Source: Synechocystis sp. PCC 6803 substr. PCC-P (GTDB taxonomy: Bacteria > Cyanobacteriota > Cyanobacteriia > Cyanobacteriales > Microcystaceae). Taken from it: a DNA stretch of 32,000 nucleotides. The position numbers were made by a program, and so were the translations under genes. Below are positions 19,610 through 28,572 of the stretch, piece after piece (position 1 is the first letter of the stretch; the number at the start of each line of letters is the position of its first letter). The notes under the pieces are model-generated. The model saw only the letters and a program-made list of their open reading frames with translations, ran no database searches and was not told where the DNA came from. The stretch spans positions 1,290,001-1,322,000 of the forward strand of contig NC_017039.1 in NCBI RefSeq assembly GCF_000284455.1. The letters run 5' to 3'.

Positions 19610-20261
19610 TTTGTTACGGAAAATGGCCAGTAAAAAACAACGGGCAACGGAAATTCTGCTCATTCTCAAAAAACTTTACCCAGGGGCCACCTGTAGTCTG
19701 GATTATCAAACCCCAGTACAGCTTTTGGTGGCCACTATTCTTTCGGCCCAATGCACCGATGAACGGGTCAACAAGGTGACTCCAGCCCTGTTTCAGCGTT
19801 ATCCCGATGCCAACGCCCTGGCCTACGGCGATCGCCAAGAGATTGAAGAATTAATCCACTCCACCGGCTTTTTCCGCAATAAAGCTAAAAATATTCAGGG
19901 AGCTTGCCGCAAAATTGTCGAGGAATTTGACGGGGAAGTGCCCCAAAGAATGGAAGAGTTATTGACCCTACCGGGGGTGGCCCGCAAAACGGCCAATGTG
20001 GTGCTAGCCCATGCCTTTGGCATCCTGGCCGGGGTAACGGTGGACACCCACGTCAAACGCCTGAGCCAACGGTTGGGGTTAACTAAAGCGACCGATCCCA
20101 TTCGTATTGAGCGGGATTTAATGAAACTGATTCCCCAGCCGGATTGGGAAAATTTTTCTATCCATATTATTTATCACGGTCGAGCGGTGTGTGCGGCCCG
20201 CAAGCCCCTCTGTGGGGAATGTCAGTTGGCCCATCTTTGTCCCAGTGCCCAAGCGAGTTGA
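19602..20261 (+). CDS. nth: Endonuclease III
   Basis: LLVATILSAQCTDERVNKVTPAL, LPGVARKTANVVLAHAFG, C-x6-C-x2-C-x5-C cluster. ORF track starts at 19569; ATG at 19602 overlaps the previous stop. Confidence 0.92.
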   Translation: MSSLLRKMASKKQRATEILLILKKLYPGATCSLDYQTPVQLLVATILSAQCTDERVNKVTPALFQRYPDANALAYGDRQEIEELIHSTGFFRNKAKNIQGACRKIVEEFDGEVPQRMEELLTLPGVARKTANVVLAHAFGILAGVTVDTHVKRLSQRLGLTKATDPIRIERDLMKLIPQPDWENFSIHIIYHGRAVCAARKPLCGECQLAHLCPSAQAS

Positions 20262-20384
20262 GATCCACTGAAGGTTTGAATTGGAATCAGTTTACCGAGC
20301 TCCCCCAACTTCTCCATAGGGAAATTAAAACCTGTAACTTGGTCAAAGATTAGAAAAAAGTGATTAGTACTGGTGGAACGGCAA

Positions 20385-20460
20385 AAAAAAGCGGCCAGTT
20401 TCGTCCCCATTGATTAGGTTCGGAAACTAACCCTGTGCTACATTGTGCACCCGCTTTTTT
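20385..20460 (+). terminator. Nested inverted repeat ending in T6; candidate terminator or structured RNA
   Basis: AAAAAAGCGG (20385-20394) pairs with CCGCTTTTTT (20451-20460); AGTTTC (20397-20402) pairs with GAAACT (20423-20428). Confidence 0.5.
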
Positions 20461-20557
20461 GAATCCTGCCCTCATTATCTGATTCTCACTGGGGGTCAAC
20501 AAGCCAATGGGTCACTGGTGAATGGTGATTCTAATCACAGGCGATCGGTGCCAGCTT

Positions 20558-20663
20558 TAAAAGTCTCCCTGGCCCCCAAATTTGGGGGGAAACTGAGTGA
20601 AAGTCCCCCATTATGGCCGGAGCTTGAGTGAGGAGATTTAGGGGACGAAATAAGACTTTCCGA
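20558..20663. repeat. Dispersed palindromic intergenic repeat, copy A
   Basis: AAAAGTCTCCCTGGCCCCCAAATTTGGGGGG...GATTTAGGGGACGAAATAAGACTTTCC, related to 23772-23861. Contains CCCCCAAATTTGGGGG. Confidence 0.7.
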
Positions 20664-20854
20664 ACACGTTCTTAGGCGATCGCCAAATTTTTACCCTGGC
20701 ATGGGCCGAGAAATGAGACTTTTTGGCCCTACTCCAGATAAACCCAACTAGTATGGTTGCAGGCGGCCTAGTCTCCGGCAGGGTCAGACCCAATGAATAT
20801 ACTGGGGAAATACTAAGCCTCAGTCCGTTTTAAATTAATAAATTCTTCTTGTTT

Positions 20855-21304
20855 ATGCCCATTTCTCCCACCTCCCTAGCTAGCGATGATTACTGCGTCC
20901 TTGGTTTAGCCACCTGCTTTTTGCGGGAAGATGGTGATTTCCATGCGGTGGACATCATTGAACCCATTCCCTCGGCGGCCCTAGAAGCCATTCTCAAACA
21001 GGTGCCCACTTCTTACCAATGGGCGATCGCCGTGCGGGCGGGGGAAGTTTTCCAGGGGGAGGAAATTAAAAAACCAGCTATTTTTGATCAAAGTGCCCAA
21101 TTCTGTGACGATTTTGCGGAACGGTTTACAGCGGCGGCCCGTACTTACCAAGTTCGGCCTCAAGCTAAGGAACATTTAGCCATTGGGGAAAAATGGGACA
21201 AATTTAACTTTTCTTTGGAGAAAAAACGCATTCTCAACGACAGCAAAGTGGTTAAAGCTGAAGATAACGTTAAGCAACATTCCCATACCCATCAAAGGCT
21301 GTAG
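20855..21304 (+). CDS. Conserved hypothetical protein
   Basis: 149-aa ORF starting at ATG 20855 (track starts at TTG 20849). Confidence 0.65.
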   Translation: MPISPTSLASDDYCVLGLATCFLREDGDFHAVDIIEPIPSAALEAILKQVPTSYQWAIAVRAGEVFQGEEIKKPAIFDQSAQFCDDFAERFTAAARTYQVRPQAKEHLAIGEKWDKFNFSLEKKRILNDSKVVKAEDNVKQHSHTHQRL

Positions 21305-21335
21305 TTGCAAAGTCCCAACGGGGTAATACCAACCT

Positions 21336-21833
21336 TCAGGAAACAAGGGATTGTTGTTTTTTCCTAGCCCGATGTTGGGCAAACCAATCCTGTAACTGTT
21401 CACGGCACTGTTCTTGGCACACTCCTCCTAAGCTTTGTAAGTGATGGTTAGAGGCAGCGCTGGCGGCCAAATCGAACACGCTGTCGATGGTGCCGGTTTT
21501 CGGGTCGGGGGTGCCATAAACTAATAAACCTAAACGGGCTTGGATAATGGCGCCGGTACACATGGGACAAGGTTCCAACGTAACGTAAAGGGTGCATTCA
21601 TTCAATCGCCAATGGCCTAGCCGACGGCAAGCAGTTTGGATGGCTAACATTTCCGCATGGGCGATGGGATTTTGATCCCGTTGCTTACGATTTTGGCCTG
21701 TAGCTAAAACTTCTCCCATTGCATTGACAACCACTGCTCCCACGGGAATTTCCCCCACATTGCCCGCTTCCTCCGCTAAGGCGATCGCCATTTGCATCCA
21801 ATCTTCATGGGTGGGTAGGGGTTGATCCATCAA
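21336..21833 (-). CDS. tadA: tRNA-adenosine/cytidine deaminase family protein (TadA)
   Basis: NPIAHAEMLAI and TLEPCPMCTGAIIQARLG. Confidence 0.9.
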   Translation of the reverse strand: MMDQPLPTHEDWMQMAIALAEEAGNVGEIPVGAVVVNAMGEVLATGQNRKQRDQNPIAHAEMLAIQTACRRLGHWRLNECTLYVTLEPCPMCTGAIIQARLGLLVYGTPDPKTGTIDSVFDLAASAASNHHLQSLGGVCQEQCREQLQDWFAQHRARKKQQSLVS

Positions 21834-21869
21834 CTCTATTTAAACTTGTTTGTAAAACCGTTAGTAAAA

Positions 21870-22295
21870 TCAGGCAAAACTAATTAACTTTATTGCTTGG
21901 CTGATAATAGCATTACGGTCTACTTTTTCCGCCAAATAAGCAGCATTGTAAATTCCGCCAAAGGCTTCTAGAGAAGCGTTATCCAAAGCTCGATCATCGG
22001 CTTCAGCCAAAATTTCTTGTAAGTCCGATTGACTGACATAATAGCACCCTGCTTTCCTGCGTTTATTAATGCGTTCTATGGCGTTGATAGCATTGCGAAT
22101 GGAAACTTCCCAGGAATTAGTGCTTCTTGCCTCCGCCTGTTGTTTAATCAAATGAATCAGTAAAACAACGCAATAACTGTAAATTTTATTAATTTTATCC
22201 TCTTTGCTCATGGTTTCTAATTCATCGATTAAAGCCAGAGCGGCCGTGGTTTGCCCAGATTGCACTAATTGTTTTAATTCCAATAATTCTTCCAT
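21870..22295 (-). CDS. Hypothetical protein, divergent DUF29-like
   Basis: 141-aa ORF with IYSYCVVLLIHLIKQQAEARSTNSWEVSIRNAINAI, resembling the DUF29 core. Confidence 0.6.
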   Translation of the reverse strand: MEELLELKQLVQSGQTTAALALIDELETMSKEDKINKIYSYCVVLLIHLIKQQAEARSTNSWEVSIRNAINAIERINKRRKAGCYYVSQSDLQEILAEADDRALDNASLEAFGGIYNAAYLAEKVDRNAIISQAIKLISFA

Positions 22296-22304
22296 GGCGC
22301 TAAC

Positions 22305-23774
22305 CTAAGCAATAACACCCATCTGTTCAATTTTACGGCGGGCTTCCACTGATTGGTGAAAATTAACACAGGGGCGGGGATAATCCACTCCCAATTGCAC
22401 TCCCCATTGTTTTTGTTCCGTGGCAGATAATAACCAAGGCTGATGAATTTTGTCGCCGGGTAAATTTTTTAATTCTGGTAACCAATGGCGTAAATAGGTT
22501 CCCTGGGGATCGTATTGTTGGCTTTGTTTAGGAATATTAAAATAACGAAAATCCCTAGCGTCATTACCTATGCCAGCAGTGTAATTCCAATTGCCCCAAT
22601 TACTGCATACATCGTAATCAATTAGGCAAGATTCAAACCATTCTGCGCCCCAACGCCAATCAATGCCCAGATTTTTACAAAGAAAACTGGCAACATTTTG
22701 CCGTCCCCGATTGGACATAAAGCCAGTGAGATTTAATTCCCGCATATTAGCATCCACCAAAGGATAACCAGTTTGTCCCGATCGCCAGAGTTCAAACCGG
22801 ACTTGATCTTCTTGCCAGGGGAAATTTTTGTTCAGCAATCCCCCTCGATTAAATAACTTGTTGCCATATTTTTGGGCCACAAAACGGAAAAAGTCCCGCC
22901 AGAGTAACTCGAAAATCAACCAATGGGTAGAATCATTACTAACCCGTTCTTGTTCGTAACGTTTCACTTCTTGGTAAATGAACCGGGGGGAAAGGCAACC
23001 CAATGCTAACCAAGGGGAAAACTTACTAGAATAATCCGCTCCCACCATACCATTGCGGGTTTCTTTATAATCTTTTAGGCGATCGCCATGCCAAAAGTAG
23101 TCTTGTAACCTCGCTAAACCAGCGGTTTCTCCTCCTTGAAAAGCCAAAACAGAACGATGATCAAAATTAATTTGAGGAAAGAATTCGGGCGGTGGTGCGG
23201 TTAACTCCAGTTTAATATTGGGGCTAGGAAGCAGTTGGGATGGGGCAAAAAAACACGGACGAATCGATATTTTTTTCTTTTCAATATCTTTGCGAAACTT
23301 AGTAAATAAATCTGGTAAATCTTGAATGGAAAAGGGTAAATCTTCGGGATGGCAAAGGGTACTTCCCCAATAACCTTTTGCTTCTATACCTAAGATTGTT
23401 AATTGTTTAACTAAATTTCTTTCTACGTCTAGCTCTTCCTGGGTAACTTCCCGATGGTAATAAATAGTCTTAGCGTTGATTTGCTTGGCTATTTGGGGAA
23501 TTACTTGCTCCGGTAGACCCGTTGTCACCAGCAATTTATTGCCCACTTTCTGCAAGCTTTCAGCCAAATTTTGTACAGATTGTTGGAGAAAATTACTCCG
23601 CCATGGCCCAGTTTTCGCAAATCCTTGGTGAGTCTGGGCAAATTGTCTGGGGTCGTAACAGTACACAGCGGTAATTGCTAAACCAGATTTTAGGGCCCGA
23701 TGCAGGGGTTCATGGTCATGCAAACGCAGATCATTCCGAAACCAAACCAAAACCGTGGGGGGGACGTGTTTCAA
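22305..23774 (-). CDS. cry: Cryptochrome DASH / photolyase family protein
   Basis: TVLVWFRNDLRLHDHEPLHRA, LLWRDFFRFVAQKYG, LPLVDANMRELNLTGFMSNRGRQNVASFL-type region, NWGNWNYTAGIGND. Start codon is TTG. Confidence 0.92.
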   Translation of the reverse strand: MKHVPPTVLVWFRNDLRLHDHEPLHRALKSGLAITAVYCYDPRQFAQTHQGFAKTGPWRSNFLQQSVQNLAESLQKVGNKLLVTTGLPEQVIPQIAKQINAKTIYYHREVTQEELDVERNLVKQLTILGIEAKGYWGSTLCHPEDLPFSIQDLPDLFTKFRKDIEKKKISIRPCFFAPSQLLPSPNIKLELTAPPPEFFPQINFDHRSVLAFQGGETAGLARLQDYFWHGDRLKDYKETRNGMVGADYSSKFSPWLALGCLSPRFIYQEVKRYEQERVSNDSTHWLIFELLWRDFFRFVAQKYGNKLFNRGGLLNKNFPWQEDQVRFELWRSGQTGYPLVDANMRELNLTGFMSNRGRQNVASFLCKNLGIDWRWGAEWFESCLIDYDVCSNWGNWNYTAGIGNDARDFRYFNIPKQSQQYDPQGTYLRHWLPELKNLPGDKIHQPWLLSATEQKQWGVQLGVDYPRPCVNFHQSVEARRKIEQMGVIA

Positions 23775-23861
23775 AAGCCCCCCTGCTCCCCCAAGTTTGA
23801 GGGGAAGTTAAGTAAAAGTCCTCTAGTTTTGGAGGATTTAGACGGCAAAATAAAACTTTTC
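23772..23861. repeat. Dispersed palindromic intergenic repeat, copy B
   Basis: CAAAAGCCCCCCTGCTCCCCCAAGTTTGAGGGGAAGTTAAGTAAAAGTCC...GGAGGATTTAGACGGCAAAATAAAACTTTTC, aligns with copy A. Confidence 0.7.
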
Positions 23862-23935
23862 AAACAAATTCCAAGAGCTATGGACATCGATAGTTAAAAA
23901 CACATAAGCAAAAGGATTGAAAGCTTGGAAAGGTC

Positions 23936-25090
23936 TTAATCCTGGGACAGTAGGCCTTGCAACTCTTCTAATCTTTCCTGGGCTTCCGGTAGGGTAGGTT
24001 CTAAAGTTAAAGCCTTTTCATAGCTGGGAATAGCCTCTTCTTTGCGCTCCATAGCTTCGAGCAGTAAACCCCGGCTTAACCAAACCTCAGCATCGTCGGG
24101 ATTTTGTGCTAAAGCTTCATCAAAATTAGCCAAGGCCTCTTCTAACTTACCCATAACTCCCAACGCACTACCCCGATTTTGCCAGGCGGAAGTCATCTGG
24201 GGATTTAAACTGATCGCCTCCCCCCAACTGGCGATCGCCGTTTCCAGTTCTCCTCTCTGGGCCTGCTGTATGCCAAGGTTTAACCAATCTTCGGCAGTAT
24301 GGGGTTCTTGGTTATTTTCAAATTGGGAGTTGTCGATGGTAACCGGGTCAACAAGAGGCCACAACTCTTCTTGTGCCAGAGCGGACGCAGTCCCCTGATC
24401 TTCGACTAAACTATCCACCGGAGCCGAGCTCGATTCACCCCCATGGTTCAAGGCTTCAGTTAACATTTCCTCTGGAATGGCGAATTTTTCCATCAATGCC
24501 CGCAAAATCACCTGGGGATCGGTGCTTTCAATGCCCAAAAAGCCAGCAAAATGGGTTGCCAAAGCGGCATCCTGGGGTAACCGTTGCACCAATTCATCAA
24601 AGGTGAAGGTTTCCATTTGCCCTTGGGCCTGGTCTATGGAAACTAGATCGGGGCCATCATATTCCCACACCGTATCCATCTGGGGCGGTGACTGCCGGGC
24701 ATACAGCTCCCTGCCAATGCGCTGGGATTTATCGCCAATGGGAGCAATCTGGGGAAAGGATTGGGCCAATTCCCCCAAACGCATCATCCGGGCGGCTAGA
24801 ACTAAATTGGGAGAAGGGGAAGCTAGCACCGTAGTTTGAAAACGGTCTAACCAATCAAGCCATTGCTTAGGCCGACAGCGGTGGTCTAACTGTTGAAAAA
24901 ATTTGAGAATACGCCCTTCGTGCCAACCGTGGGCAATGCCTTCCAGCAGTTGATTAAACAAAAACTCATAGTCAGTGTCGCTCAGGGGGGGCAGTTCCTG
25001 GAGAGATTTAGTCCCCGGCCCTGGGCCGCCCACCAGGGGGGCAAAAAGTTGTTGGATCCACTGCCAAATACGCTGGAAAAATTTCTGCAT
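23936..25090 (-). CDS. TPR repeat protein
   Basis: C-terminal TPRs such as AEDWLNLGIQQAQRGELETAIASWGEAISLNPQMTSAWQNRG. Confidence 0.82.
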   Translation of the reverse strand: MQKFFQRIWQWIQQLFAPLVGGPGPGTKSLQELPPLSDTDYEFLFNQLLEGIAHGWHEGRILKFFQQLDHRCRPKQWLDWLDRFQTTVLASPSPNLVLAARMMRLGELAQSFPQIAPIGDKSQRIGRELYARQSPPQMDTVWEYDGPDLVSIDQAQGQMETFTFDELVQRLPQDAALATHFAGFLGIESTDPQVILRALMEKFAIPEEMLTEALNHGGESSSAPVDSLVEDQGTASALAQEELWPLVDPVTIDNSQFENNQEPHTAEDWLNLGIQQAQRGELETAIASWGEAISLNPQMTSAWQNRGSALGVMGKLEEALANFDEALAQNPDDAEVWLSRGLLLEAMERKEEAIPSYEKALTLEPTLPEAQERLEELQGLLSQD

Positions 25091-25307
25091 CCTAAAATGG
25101 GGTGACGGTCACTGTTGACGGATTACGGGGGCGACACTTACTGACAATTATTCTAGGCCATGGTTTACCCATCCCCGGGGATTATCAACACTGGCGGGGT
25201 TTGGCCCCGGATTTTTGGCGATCGCCGGTTGTAATTTAGAATCTGCCACTACCATGGGGGGAAAGTATCAGCGTCATTGCCCAGTCCGATTCCATTGGAG
25301 CCATTGC

Positions 25308-26681
25308 ATGAGTACCACCCAAGCCCCTCCCCTCGTTTCCCTCCAAGCCCCCAAGGACGTTTCCCTCGAGGCGATCGAATCTGAATTAGCCCAAATTTGG
25401 CAAACCAGTGCCCAAAAGGAGGAGGGTTTAATCGCTACTAGGGCCACCACCTTCAGTTTTTTGGTCTATGAACCGGACAGAGTGCAGTCCCTCCTGGCCG
25501 CCCTAGGCTACTACACTGGCCCCATTGATGGCATTACCGGCCCCCGCATGACCGCCGCCATTAAATCAGCTCAAAAAGCTTTGGGCGTTACCGCTACCGG
25601 ACTATCTAGCCCAGAGTTTAAACAAGCATTACAAACTGCCTTTGAAACGGCCCACCGGGAAGGAAATTTACTCAGCACCGCTGAACGAATCACTAAACCC
25701 TATTCCCCGGACTTAGAAGGGAGTGGCATTGCCGACACCATTGCCGCCTCTAACCCCTGCCGCATTATTACCCTTTGCCCCACAGCGGAGGATGACCAGG
25801 GGGTACAGGCCCAGCTTTCCGCCTACTGCCCGATCCAAAAGACCCACCAAAATACCCTCATTTGTTGTGAATACATCACCCTACGGGGAACTTCCGATGC
25901 GCTGGAGCGGATTGGTGGTGTGATTACGGAGTTGATGCTACCGACCCTGCCCAAATATGTGTGGTGGAAAGCAAGTCCCGAAGCGGAATATGGGCTGTTT
26001 CAACGGTTGTTGTCCCATGCGGACATGATCATTGTGGATTCCAGCATTTTTAACAATCCCGAACAGGATTTGCTCCAGTTGGCTCAATTGGTTAATAAGC
26101 CAGAGGCGATAGCCGATTTAAATTGGAGTCGCTTGGCCCCGTGGCAGGAATTGACCGCTGAAGCCTTTGACCCGCCGGAGCGTCGTTCTGCAGTGGGGGA
26201 AATTGACCAAATTTCCATTGATTATGAAAAGGGTAACCATGCCCAAGCATTGATGTATTTGGGCTGGGTAGCCAGTCGTTTGCAGTGGACCCCCGTTAGT
26301 TATAGCTATCAGCCAGGGGTGTACGAAATTCACAAAATCCAATTCTGTGCTCCCAATCAACGGCCCATTGAAGCGGAGCTGGCCGGTTTACCCTTGGCTG
26401 ATACAGGGCAGGTGCTGGGGGATTTAATTAGCCTTAAACTGGGCTCCACCAATACCCAAGCCCAATGCGGCACCGTACTGTGCTCCGGCACTGTTGGTTG
26501 TATGCGCATGGAAGCTGGGGGGGGAGCGCAAAATTACCGGGTGCAACAGGTCACCGCCCTGGATGATCAAAATACGGAACAGTTACTGGGACGACAATTG
26601 CAACGCTGGGGCCGGGATGCCCTCTACGATGAGTCCATGGCGATCGTGTTGGCAATTTTACAGTTATCCCAGGCAGGATAA
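25308..26681 (+). CDS. opcA: Glucose-6-phosphate dehydrogenase assembly protein OpcA
   Basis: OpcA-like C-terminal region plus N-terminal peptidoglycan-binding-like segment. ORF track starts at 25215; ATG at 25308 is likely. Confidence 0.85.
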   Translation: MSTTQAPPLVSLQAPKDVSLEAIESELAQIWQTSAQKEEGLIATRATTFSFLVYEPDRVQSLLAALGYYTGPIDGITGPRMTAAIKSAQKALGVTATGLSSPEFKQALQTAFETAHREGNLLSTAERITKPYSPDLEGSGIADTIAASNPCRIITLCPTAEDDQGVQAQLSAYCPIQKTHQNTLICCEYITLRGTSDALERIGGVITELMLPTLPKYVWWKASPEAEYGLFQRLLSHADMIIVDSSIFNNPEQDLLQLAQLVNKPEAIADLNWSRLAPWQELTAEAFDPPERRSAVGEIDQISIDYEKGNHAQALMYLGWVASRLQWTPVSYSYQPGVYEIHKIQFCAPNQRPIEAELAGLPLADTGQVLGDLISLKLGSTNTQAQCGTVLCSGTVGCMRMEAGGGAQNYRVQQVTALDDQNTEQLLGRQLQRWGRDALYDESMAIVLAILQLSQAG

Positions 26682-26738
26682 TGGCAGAATGGAGCAACAA
26701 GCGCCCTTTGCTTAATCTGTTCTTAACCTTAGTCGGCC

Positions 26739-27497
26739 ATGACTTCCCCCACTGCTCCGTTAATTTCCTTTGACCAGTTGCAAAAAAACTTTGGCGCCCT
26801 CCAGGTTTTGCGGGGAGTAACGGGGGAAATTTACCCCAAAGATGTGATTTCTATCATTGGCCCTTCCGGTTGCGGCAAGAGCACTTTTTTGCGTTGCCTG
26901 AATCGCCTTGAACCCATCAGCGGTGGCCGTCTCGAAGTGGCGGGGGTGGACTTATCCGGGGCTAAAATTGACCAGAAACATCTGCGGCAGTTGCGGGTGC
27001 GGGTGGGCATGGTTTTCCAGCATTTCAATCTGTTTCCCCATCTGACGGTTTTGCAAAATCTCTTGCTGGCCCCCCGTAAGGTGTTACGCATTCCCATGGC
27101 GGAAGCTAAGGACCGGGCTTTAACCTACCTGGATAAAGTGGGTTTGGGCACTAAAGCTGATAACTACCCAGACCAACTCTCCGGCGGCCAAAAGCAACGG
27201 GTGGCGATCGCCAGGGGGCTGTGCATGAAGCCGGAAATTCTTTTATTCGATGAACCCACCAGCGCCCTAGACCCGGAATTAGTGGGGGAAGTGCTGAATG
27301 TGATGAAACAGTTGGCCGAAGAAGGCATGACCATGGCGGTGGTGACCCATGAGATGCAGTTTGCCCGGGAAGTATCCAATCGGGTCTTTTTCTTTAACCA
27401 AGGAATCATTGAAGAAGAGGGCGACCCCAACGAAGTTTTTCGCAATCCCAAGAGCGATCGCCTACGGGCATTTCTCAGTCGCATTCAGTCCAGTTAA
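26739..27497 (+). CDS. bgtA: Polar amino acid ABC transporter ATP-binding protein (GlnQ/BgtA-type)
   Basis: Walker [10 protein letters not shown], signature [15 protein letters not shown], Walker [15 protein letters not shown]. Symbol from recalled context. Confidence 0.85.
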   Translation: MTSPTAPLISFDQLQKNFGALQVLRGVTGEIYPKDVISIIGPSGCGKSTFLRCLNRLEPISGGRLEVAGVDLSGAKIDQKHLRQLRVRVGMVFQHFNLFPHLTVLQNLLLAPRKVLRIPMAEAKDRALTYLDKVGLGTKADNYPDQLSGGQKQRVAIARGLCMKPEILLFDEPTSALDPELVGEVLNVMKQLAEEGMTMAVVTHEMQFAREVSNRVFFFNQGIIEEEGDPNEVFRNPKSDRLRAFLSRIQSS

Positions 27498-27745
27498 TCC
27501 CTTGGGCTCACAAAAATTTCTAGAATTGTCCGTAATTTCACGGTTGTTTTTTCAATCGAATTTTCTGCTTTTCCTCCCTTTTTTCTTGGGGGATGGGGTT
27601 TTGAAACAAAACGCCTAGGACGAATGCCCCGGTGACCACCCTAGATAGCCATAAAAACAGGCCAGCGAAAGGCGATCGCCAGCCTAGGGATAGAAGTAAA
27701 AAGTTTTACCAGTGTGGTTTTTGAGCTGTTCCCGGTAATGCCGGG

Positions 27746-28357
27746 CTAAACTCCCTGGAAATTGCGCCAAACCCCCATTAAAATCCCCTGGATTTCAACA
27801 TCGCTGGCTTTCAATTCTTGGCCAGGGCCTTTGTTGTTGGAGGCTTTGAGTACGACCTTAGTGCCATCTTGGTAATAGCGTTTGATAGCAATCTTGCCCC
27901 CCTTAATACTGGCGGCGACCAATTCCCCATCTTCGATTTCCTCTTCTCCAGTCACAGAACGGAGAATCAGCATATCACCTTCGACAATAAAATCGTCCAC
28001 GAGGTCATTGCTCATGACCCTGAGGGCAAAAACCGATGATTTCTTCATCAGGGGGGCAAAGTCAATCTTTTCCACTTCCTCTGCGTCCGCTTCCACCAGT
28101 TCACCGCCTTTGAGTTCGCCAATGACGGAAACTCCTTTTGGTTTTTGGTGGAGAATTCTCAGGGTGCGGGCTTTGCCGTCAGTCCAATCAACGTAACCCT
28201 TATTGCGTAACCGTTCCAATCGACTTTGAATGGGGGCCGGAGAACGCAAATTCATGGCCCGCATCATTTGGCGGATGGAGGGGGCGTGCTGGGTTTCGTC
28301 AATGTAACTAACTAACCAGTCAAAAAGTTCTTTTTGGGCTCGGGTGAGAGGTTCCAT
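27746..28357 (-). CDS. lexA: LexA-like transcriptional regulator, predicted non-cleavable
   Basis: N-terminal wHTH ELFDWLVSYIDETQHAPSIRQMMRAMNLRSPAPIQSRLERL and S24-like C-terminal domain. Confidence 0.9.
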   Translation of the reverse strand: MEPLTRAQKELFDWLVSYIDETQHAPSIRQMMRAMNLRSPAPIQSRLERLRNKGYVDWTDGKARTLRILHQKPKGVSVIGELKGGELVEADAEEVEKIDFAPLMKKSSVFALRVMSNDLVDDFIVEGDMLILRSVTGEEEIEDGELVAASIKGGKIAIKRYYQDGTKVVLKASNNKGPGQELKASDVEIQGILMGVWRNFQGV

Positions 28358-28572
28358 GTAATATCTCCTATAGGAATGTATTTAGGACTCTAGGACTATT
28401 TTAAACCCAGTCATAACATTCAGGGCAATCATACTAAAAAAGATACAAAATTTTACATTTCTTCCGACGGTTCCTCATTTTCGGCCAGCAGAAGGCGATC
28501 GCCGCTGTGATTGAGGGCGAAAAAGCAAAATTGAGACTACCCCGAAAAATGTTACTGTTATCGCCGAAGATC

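Noticed and set aside
20285-20340. Possible third copy of the dispersed hairpin repeat (GAGCTCCCCCAACTTCTCC...)
   Set aside because: Only a short C-rich stretch matches; alignment breaks down quickly.
24042-24839. 118-aa and 120-aa plus-strand ORFs
   Set aside because: Antisense to the TPR protein, no motif; stop-poor antisense frames are expected in GC-rich genes.
25723-25923. Proline-rich 66-aa ORF
   Set aside because: Alternate frame within opcA.
26739-27497. Possible incomplete ABC operon
   Set aside because: Orphan ATPase genes for polar amino acid transporters are common in cyanobacteria, with the permease encoded elsewhere.
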